Shown here in pieces: positions 15,829 to 20,000 of a stretch of 20,000 nucleotides of DNA. The notes beneath the pieces are model-generated. The model saw nothing but the letters and a program-made list of their open reading frames with translations. It searched no databases and was not told the origin of the DNA. This DNA is from an uncultured virus (IMG/VR IMGVR_UViG_3300025803_000010) (Duplodnaviria; Heunggongvirae; Uroviricota; Caudoviricetes), in IMG/VR virus record IMGVR_UViG_3300025803_000010; one strand, given 5' to 3'. The position numbers and the translations under genes were made by a program. Numbering within the stretch: position 1 is the stretch's first letter; each line of letters starts with the position of its first letter.

Positions 15829-17297
15829 TAGTAATACGTCCTTTTTCTTTGTGGCATTTCCTCATCCTTATAATCTTCTGGATGATCAATTAAACCACCT
15901 TGTCTAAACCTCATAACAGCTTGTGTCATAGAATCCACAAGGTCATCATGCTCACCATACGGGAAAGCAGCGCATTCTTCAATGACTTCTTTTGCAAACT
16001 CCATATGTGTGGGCGCCCATATCCTCCCTGATTCGAACAGTGGAGAGACTGCGTTAACTCTTGTATGTTTATCATTTCCTTTTGACGGTGTAAAGTTTAA
16101 AACAGGTATTCCCATTTTACGAAGTTCATACGTTAAAGGTAGTCCTGATGCCTTTGATTCAATAACTACAGTTTCCGGATTCCAGTAGCCATATTGTTCA
16201 AGCGCGATTCTACGAAGTTCTGGAAATTCATATCGACCTTTTATCATATCAACTAATATTAATTGTGGACCTGAGTCTTCATCTTTTTGAAACACACCCC
16301 AAGTGGTAATGGCTGAAAAGTCAGCCGTTTGTTTTTTCATAAAAGCGGTATCGTAAGATTGAATGACGTGTTGAAGAGGAGGTAAATCTCCTTCCCAATC
16401 TTGCCACCATTCTCTTTTAATCAAAGCGCCTTCTTCTGATGTTGGGTTCTGCATGTATTGTGCAGACCATTTTGTTGTTGGAATAGATGCTTTAACAGAT
16501 TCTAAATCTTCAAGTTTCCAGAAGCCTGGCCATAGAGGCTGGCCACTTGGCATGATGGCTGGAAATTCTACGACCTCCCATTGATCTGCTCTAGGCTCCT
16601 TTTGAGCATGCATCAGGCGTCCGGCTAAATCTTTCTCATTCCATCTTGTCATTACAACCACAATCGCTCCACCGGGTTGAAGACGTTGTCTTGGTCCTGA
16701 TGTATACCATTCATAAGTTCTATCTAAGGCTTGAGCATTCATTGCATCTTGTTCAGTATGTGGATCATCAATAATTAATAGATCAGCACCCCTTCCAGTA
16801 ATGGCAGATCCAACTCCAGCAGCGTAGTATTCACCACCTTGTTCTGTTTCCCATTTACCTGCAGCTTGAGAGTCCGGATTTAATCTTGTTTGAAATACTT
16901 GTTTATATTCGGGTGAGTCCATAAGTGATTTAGCTTTACGACCAAATCTTACAGATAGCTCGGTAGTGTTTGTTGATTGAATTATTTTAAGTTTAGGATT
17001 ACGGCCCACCATCCAGGCAGGTAAGAAATAAGATGCAAACTCAGACTTAGTATGCCTTGGAGGCATATTAATAATTAATCTTTTAATCTTGCCTTGAGCA
17101 AGTTTATTAAATTTATCAGCTACAATCTTATGATGGGACCCTTCAATAAAATCAGGCCACATGTGTTTAACAAAAGTCAAAAAATCAGATTGGATTTTAG
17201 ATTCTTTTTTCTTTTCACTGTACTTCAGAAAAGTTCTCATAAAGTCTTTCTGAACATCAGGTGGTAACTTTTTAATCTTTTCTAAGTCTATATTCAT
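15828..17297 (-). CDS. terL: Terminase large subunit
   Basis: Walker A variant MPPRHTKS, Walker B LLIIDDP, coupling motif VMTRW, nuclease motifs QSYDTA and HDDLVDS. Confidence 0.95.
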   Translation of the reverse strand: MNIDLEKIKKLPPDVQKDFMRTFLKYSEKKKESKIQSDFLTFVKHMWPDFIEGSHHKIVADKFNKLAQGKIKRLIINMPPRHTKSEFASYFLPAWMVGRNPKLKIIQSTNTTELSVRFGRKAKSLMDSPEYKQVFQTRLNPDSQAAGKWETEQGGEYYAAGVGSAITGRGADLLIIDDPHTEQDAMNAQALDRTYEWYTSGPRQRLQPGGAIVVVMTRWNEKDLAGRLMHAQKEPRADQWEVVEFPAIMPSGQPLWPGFWKLEDLESVKASIPTTKWSAQYMQNPTSEEGALIKREWWQDWEGDLPPLQHVIQSYDTAFMKKQTADFSAITTWGVFQKDEDSGPQLILVDMIKGRYEFPELRRIALEQYGYWNPETVVIESKASGLPLTYELRKMGIPVLNFTPSKGNDKHTRVNAVSPLFESGRIWAPTHMEFAKEVIEECAAFPYGEHDDLVDSMTQAVMRFRQGGLIDHPEDYKDEEMPQRKRTYY

Positions 17298-17483
17298 AAA
17301 GTTTCAAATTTTCGCAAAATTTTTAGGGATTAATTTTGAAAACCCAAAAACTATTTCAGGAGCTTATATATCTAAATCTTAGTAATATAGGGTATATCCT
17401 GGGACCCCTTACGGTGTATATGTAAATCAATATCTAATAAAAGTCAAAAAGTCTCAAGCAGCCTGGTACCTCTATTGAGGGGG

Positions 17484-17510
17484 CCAGGGCGCCCCGCAGG
17501 GGCGCCCTGG
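17484..17510. other. Perfect 12-bp GC-rich inverted repeat with GCA triloop
   Basis: CCAGGGCGCCCC-GCA-GGGGCGCCCTGG; its 15-nt core recurs at 17826-17840. Confidence 0.85.
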
Positions 17511-17520
17511 TTCATGATTG

Positions 17521-17772
17521 TTAGTCTAGTAGTGTATAATATTGGTCAGTAAAGTTTCTGCTAAACCAGTCAAGTCCTTGACGATGTGTCTTCCAATCCT
17601 GCACCATCTCTGCACCCATGATGACATCATACACAGCAATAGCAAACTCTGGCAGTGTACATGTATCACCACCGAACCTGTTGGCTACTATGCCTTCCTT
17701 AGTTGGTTCATTTGATAACAATACTTTAAATGGTAACTTATATTCCTTATCTTTATATTTTATTACTTTCAT
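17521..17772 (-). CDS. Hypothetical early protein
   Basis: ORF track; AGAAAGGA RBS and its own promoter. Confidence 0.8.
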   Translation of the reverse strand: MKVIKYKDKEYKLPFKVLLSNEPTKEGIVANRFGGDTCTLPEFAIAVYDVIMGAEMVQDWKTHRQGLDWFSRNFTDQYYTLLD

Positions 17773-17793
17773 ATATATGTCCTTTCTATATCC

Positions 17794-17822
17794 TTTATAG
17801 TCCTATATTAATAATAAGTCAA
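17794..17822 (-). promoter_or_regulatory. sigma70-like promoter
   Basis: TTGACT-N17-TATAAA upstream of the RBS. Confidence 0.6.
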
Positions 17823-17888
17823 GTAGCCCCGCAGGGGCGCGACCCATTATGAACACCTGGTTCCTGTACCTGGTCTCTTATATCTAGC

Positions 17889-17954
17889 CTATGGCATATA
17901 CCAAAATAAAAACCAGGCCACGCCTAAAAGTCCTACTATATATTCTACCTCCAT
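17889..17954 (-). CDS. Possible 21-aa membrane micropeptide
   Basis: MEVEYIVGLLGVAWFLFWYMP*, preceded by GAGG; overlaps the end of the upstream ORF. Confidence 0.45.
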   Translation of the reverse strand: MEVEYIVGLLGVAWFLFWYMP

Positions 17955-18076
17955 TTATTCCTCTGCTCTAGTTCCCATAACTTCTGGTCATAGTGTGCTG
18001 CCATTGCTGTCGATACTACCCACAACAGTGCACCTGCTCCGCATAAAGTTAAACCTATAATTAATAATGTATTCAT
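17945..18076 (-). CDS. 43-aa single-TM peptide
   Basis: MNTLLIIGLTLCGAGALLWVVSTAMAAHYDQKLWELEQRNKWR*; AGAAAGGA RBS and promoter upstream. Confidence 0.75.
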   Translation of the reverse strand: MNTLLIIGLTLCGAGALLWVVSTAMAAHYDQKLWELEQRNKWR

Positions 18077-18092
18077 ATTATCCTTTCTGTTA

Positions 18093-18126
18093 TGGCTATC
18101 CTACATTAAATAGGATAGCCAGTCAA
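18093..18126 (-). promoter_or_regulatory. sigma70-like promoter overlapped by an 11-bp inverted repeat
   Basis: TTGACT-N17-TAGGAT; TGGCTATCCTA-N7-TAGGATAGCCA. Confidence 0.65.
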
Positions 18127-18130
18127 GGGG

Positions 18131-18694
18131 TTAATTTTGTGTTAATTGTAGAGCCTCAGTCTTATTCCAAACAATCCCCAGCGGCTTAAATATAGCCTCT
18201 AAAGTTTTTGGAAGCTCCGACGGTAGACCTGTTTCAAACACTTGGTTGATTGCACTTTGTTTATACAATTCAAGTTGCTTAACCTTCTTACCTTCCGGAG
18301 TTTTTTCAGCTTCTTTAATAGCCAAAGTCTCGGCCCATTGTCTAAGCTGTTCTCGACAGTCCTGAGGTTGTAAGCCTACGCCGTAATTGTCGGCTGAATA
18401 TTCTTTAAAAGAATATTTAAGGTCTTGTTTCATTTCTTTATTCACACCCTTAGTAAAGAAAGTTTTAGCTTTACGTTGCGCCTGTTCTAAGTTTTTAAAG
18501 GCCTTCTCTAGGTCCTTAATAACTACATCAGCTTTTATCTTTTTGGCTAACTTATTTTCAGCGCTTGCCGTTAATTCAGCTACGACTGATTTTCTCATTA
18601 GCTTTGCTTCTTCTATAAACGGGTCAATTTCTGCACCTACTCTTTTTTCTAAATGCGCCAATTGAAACTTCGTCATATATTTATTTTTACTCAT
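18131..18694 (-). CDS. Hypothetical helical early protein
   Basis: 187-aa ORF; AGAAAGGA RBS. Confidence 0.8.
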   Translation of the reverse strand: MSKNKYMTKFQLAHLEKRVGAEIDPFIEEAKLMRKSVVAELTASAENKLAKKIKADVVIKDLEKAFKNLEQAQRKAKTFFTKGVNKEMKQDLKYSFKEYSADNYGVGLQPQDCREQLRQWAETLAIKEAEKTPEGKKVKQLELYKQSAINQVFETGLPSELPKTLEAIFKPLGIVWNKTEALQLTQN

Positions 18695-18728
18695 TGTGTT
18701 ATCCTTTCTATTTATTTTTAATTATCCT

Positions 18729-18770
18729 ATATTATCCTCTTGACAAAAGATTGTCAAGTGTTTATATAGT
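18729..18770. promoter_or_regulatory. Overlapping divergent sigma70-like promoters
   Basis: Minus strand: TTGACA(18757-18752)-N17-TAATAT. Plus strand: TTGACA(18740-18745) followed by TATATAGT. The two -35 boxes form the palindrome CTTGACAA-AAGA-TTGTCAAG. Confidence 0.7.
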
Positions 18771-19021
18771 GTTAGGTATTACTATTATTACTGGTCTAAT
18801 GTTAACAATTAGTATTGGGAAGAGTAGTAGTCCTTTCGGGTCGAAGGCGTTGTTGTTGAAACCCAACAAAGTGCAACGCCCTTGAGCCCTGGTCCTGTGT
18901 CGAATTAAATTCAGCTAGCAGGACCTGGGGTCAAGAAAAGCGCGAACGGCGCGCTTGGCCGAGGCTTGGGGGACCCCAAATCTCTGTCCGCAAGTTTTAC
19001 TTGTAGAGGCACAAGAGGGCC

Positions 19022-19094
19022 CAAGCTTCAAGCAACAAGTGACCTGCGGCCACCGGAAATAGCCGAGCCGCAAGCCACAAGCAACAAGCCACAA
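19022..19094 (+). repeat. CAAGCnn heptamer tandem repeats (block 1)
   Basis: CAAGCTT CAAGCAA CAAGTGA ... CGAGCCG CAAGCCA CAAGCAA CAAGCCA. Confidence 0.8.
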
Positions 19095-19139
19095 TTTGGC
19101 CATAGTTGTGAAGTACAAAGAATTTAGAAAGGATATATT

Positions 19140-19769
19140 ATGAAAACAAGTGAAGCATTGAAACTAGTCGGAGGTTTGTCAAAGCCTTCTAAAATGCCTG
19201 GATGGGCCTACGGTCTACCAGCTAAAGAATGCAAAACAGGTTCTAAACTTGTAAAAGTAAAGGGCAGCACCTGCGAAGGTTGTTACGCTCTAAAGGGTTG
19301 TTATGTGTTCAAGGTGGTCCAGGCTGCACAATACCGGAGACTTGATTCCATCAAGTCACCATTATGGGTCGGAGCTATGTCGTTATTAATTAATTCAAAA
19401 AAATCTAAATGGTTCAGGTGGCATGATTCAGGGGATATTCAAGACGAGGCTCACCTCATGAAAATTTTTGCGGTAGCAAGATTGACGCCGGAGACAAAAC
19501 ACTGGATGCCAACGCGGGAAGCGTGGGTGAAGCATTTTCTGCCAGAGTGTCCAAGTAATTTAATTATTAGATTTTCTGCGCCGATGGTGGACCAGGCTGC
19601 ACCTGCAAGCTGGCCTAACACTTCAACGGTTGAATCACCTGGAAGCATGAGAGCAACTCATATACAAGGCAGCCAGCGTTGCCCGGCTCCAACTCAAGAC
19701 AATGAATGCAAGGATTGCAGGGCCTGTTGGGATCCTGAAGTTAAGAATGTAGCGTATGGCCAACATTAA
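19140..19769 (+). CDS. Gp88-like protein (radical-SAM-like, Cys-rich)
   Basis: C-x13-CxxCYA, FRWHDSGD and C-terminal CPA...CxxCxxCW motifs; AGAAAGGA RBS. Family name is from recall. Confidence 0.7.
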   Translation: MKTSEALKLVGGLSKPSKMPGWAYGLPAKECKTGSKLVKVKGSTCEGCYALKGCYVFKVVQAAQYRRLDSIKSPLWVGAMSLLINSKKSKWFRWHDSGDIQDEAHLMKIFAVARLTPETKHWMPTREAWVKHFLPECPSNLIIRFSAPMVDQAAPASWPNTSTVESPGSMRATHIQGSQRCPAPTQDNECKDCRACWDPEVKNVAYGQH

Positions 19770-20000
19770 AGATATTCCTGAAATAGAAATAATACATAAT
19801 GCCTGGTGCCGTGAGAATGGCTACCCGGTTAGATGGTACAAGCCGCAAGCGGGAAGGCCCAAGCTGCAAGCCGCAAGCTTCAAGCACCGGAGCAACAAGC
19901 ATCAAGCCACAAGCCACAAGCTTAATCGATTTGTGAAAGATCACCATAAGCCACAAGCTTCAAGCAACAAGCTTCAAGCCCCTGGGCACAAGGCTCAAGC
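19756..20000 (+). CDS. Possible ORF running into the repeat array; truncated by window edge
   Basis: MANIKDIPEIEIIHNAWCRENGYPVRWYKPQAGRPKLQAASFKH..., open to the window end. Confidence 0.45.
   Translation, partial: MANIKDIPEIEIIHNAWCRENGYPVRWYKPQAGRPKLQAASFKHRSNKHQATSHKLNRFVKDHHKPQASSNKLQAPGHKAQ
19839..20000 (+). repeat. CAAGCnn heptamer tandem repeats (block 2)
   Basis: CAAGCCG CAAGCGG ... CAAGCTG CAAGCCG CAAGCTT CAAGCAC ... CAAGCAT CAAGCCA CAAGCCA CAAGCTT ... CAAGCTT CAAGCAA CAAGCTT CAAGCCC; continues to the window edge. Confidence 0.9.

Noticed and set aside
11873..17297. Intein or intron in the terminase or portal
   Set aside because: Both ORFs are continuous, of ordinary length, and lack evident splicing or homing-endonuclease motifs.
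17484..17510. Rho-independent terminator
   Set aside because: No U-tract on either strand; retained as an unexplained hairpin.
4527..18665. Plus-strand ORFs opposite structural genes (e.g. 4527..4853, 6222..6440, 6717..6956, 10722..11120, 12015..12260, 15982..16188, 18387..18665)
   Set aside because: Antisense shadows of well-supported minus-strand genes.
18694..19118. ORFs 18694..18885 (+) and 18915..19118 (-)
   Set aside because: They run across promoters, hairpins and repeats; the LVACGL text is just the antisense translation of the heptamers.
19741..19956. 71-aa minus-strand ORF
   Set aside because: Antisense translation of the CAAGCnn array.
19022..20000. CRISPR array
   Set aside because: Units are 7 nt with no 25-40 nt repeats or unique spacers, and no cas genes are present.
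1..20000. Alternative genetic code or tRNA genes
   Set aside because: TAA, TAG and TGA all end genes at sensible coupled boundaries, and no tRNA cloverleaf was recognised by eye.

Overview
Head-morphogenesis and packaging arm of an AT-rich tailed dsDNA phage. Gene order and protein motifs resemble uncultured marine HTVC010P-like pelagiphage podoviruses; this assignment is from recognition, not a database search. Read on the minus strand from the right, the order is: terminase large subunit, two unknown genes, portal, a holin-like gene, a cluster of small basic proteins, GroES-like co-chaperonin, scaffold, decoration-like protein, major capsid protein, further virion-like genes, several micro-ORFs, a 2OG-Fe(II) oxygenase, a peptidase M15 endolysin and a truncated GT9-like glycosyltransferase. 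The right end (about 17.3-20 kb) is a regulatory/early region with sigma70-like promoters, palindromes, GC-rich hairpins, CAAGCnn heptamer arrays and a plus-strand Gp88-like gene. The most interesting signals are: (i) a candidate chained double-pseudoknot leader RNA that pairs with the Shine-Dalgarno of a virion gene, (ii) a short R/K-x-x-[FYAM]-[ASK]-x-G-(G) motif shared by many otherwise unrelated small proteins, (iii) a twice-encoded 83-aa basic domain with about 95% protein but about 74% DNA identity, (iv) a one-base frameshift that fuses two genes across a hairpin and RBS, and (v) several ORFs missing from the ORF track, including Cys/His-rich micro-proteins.
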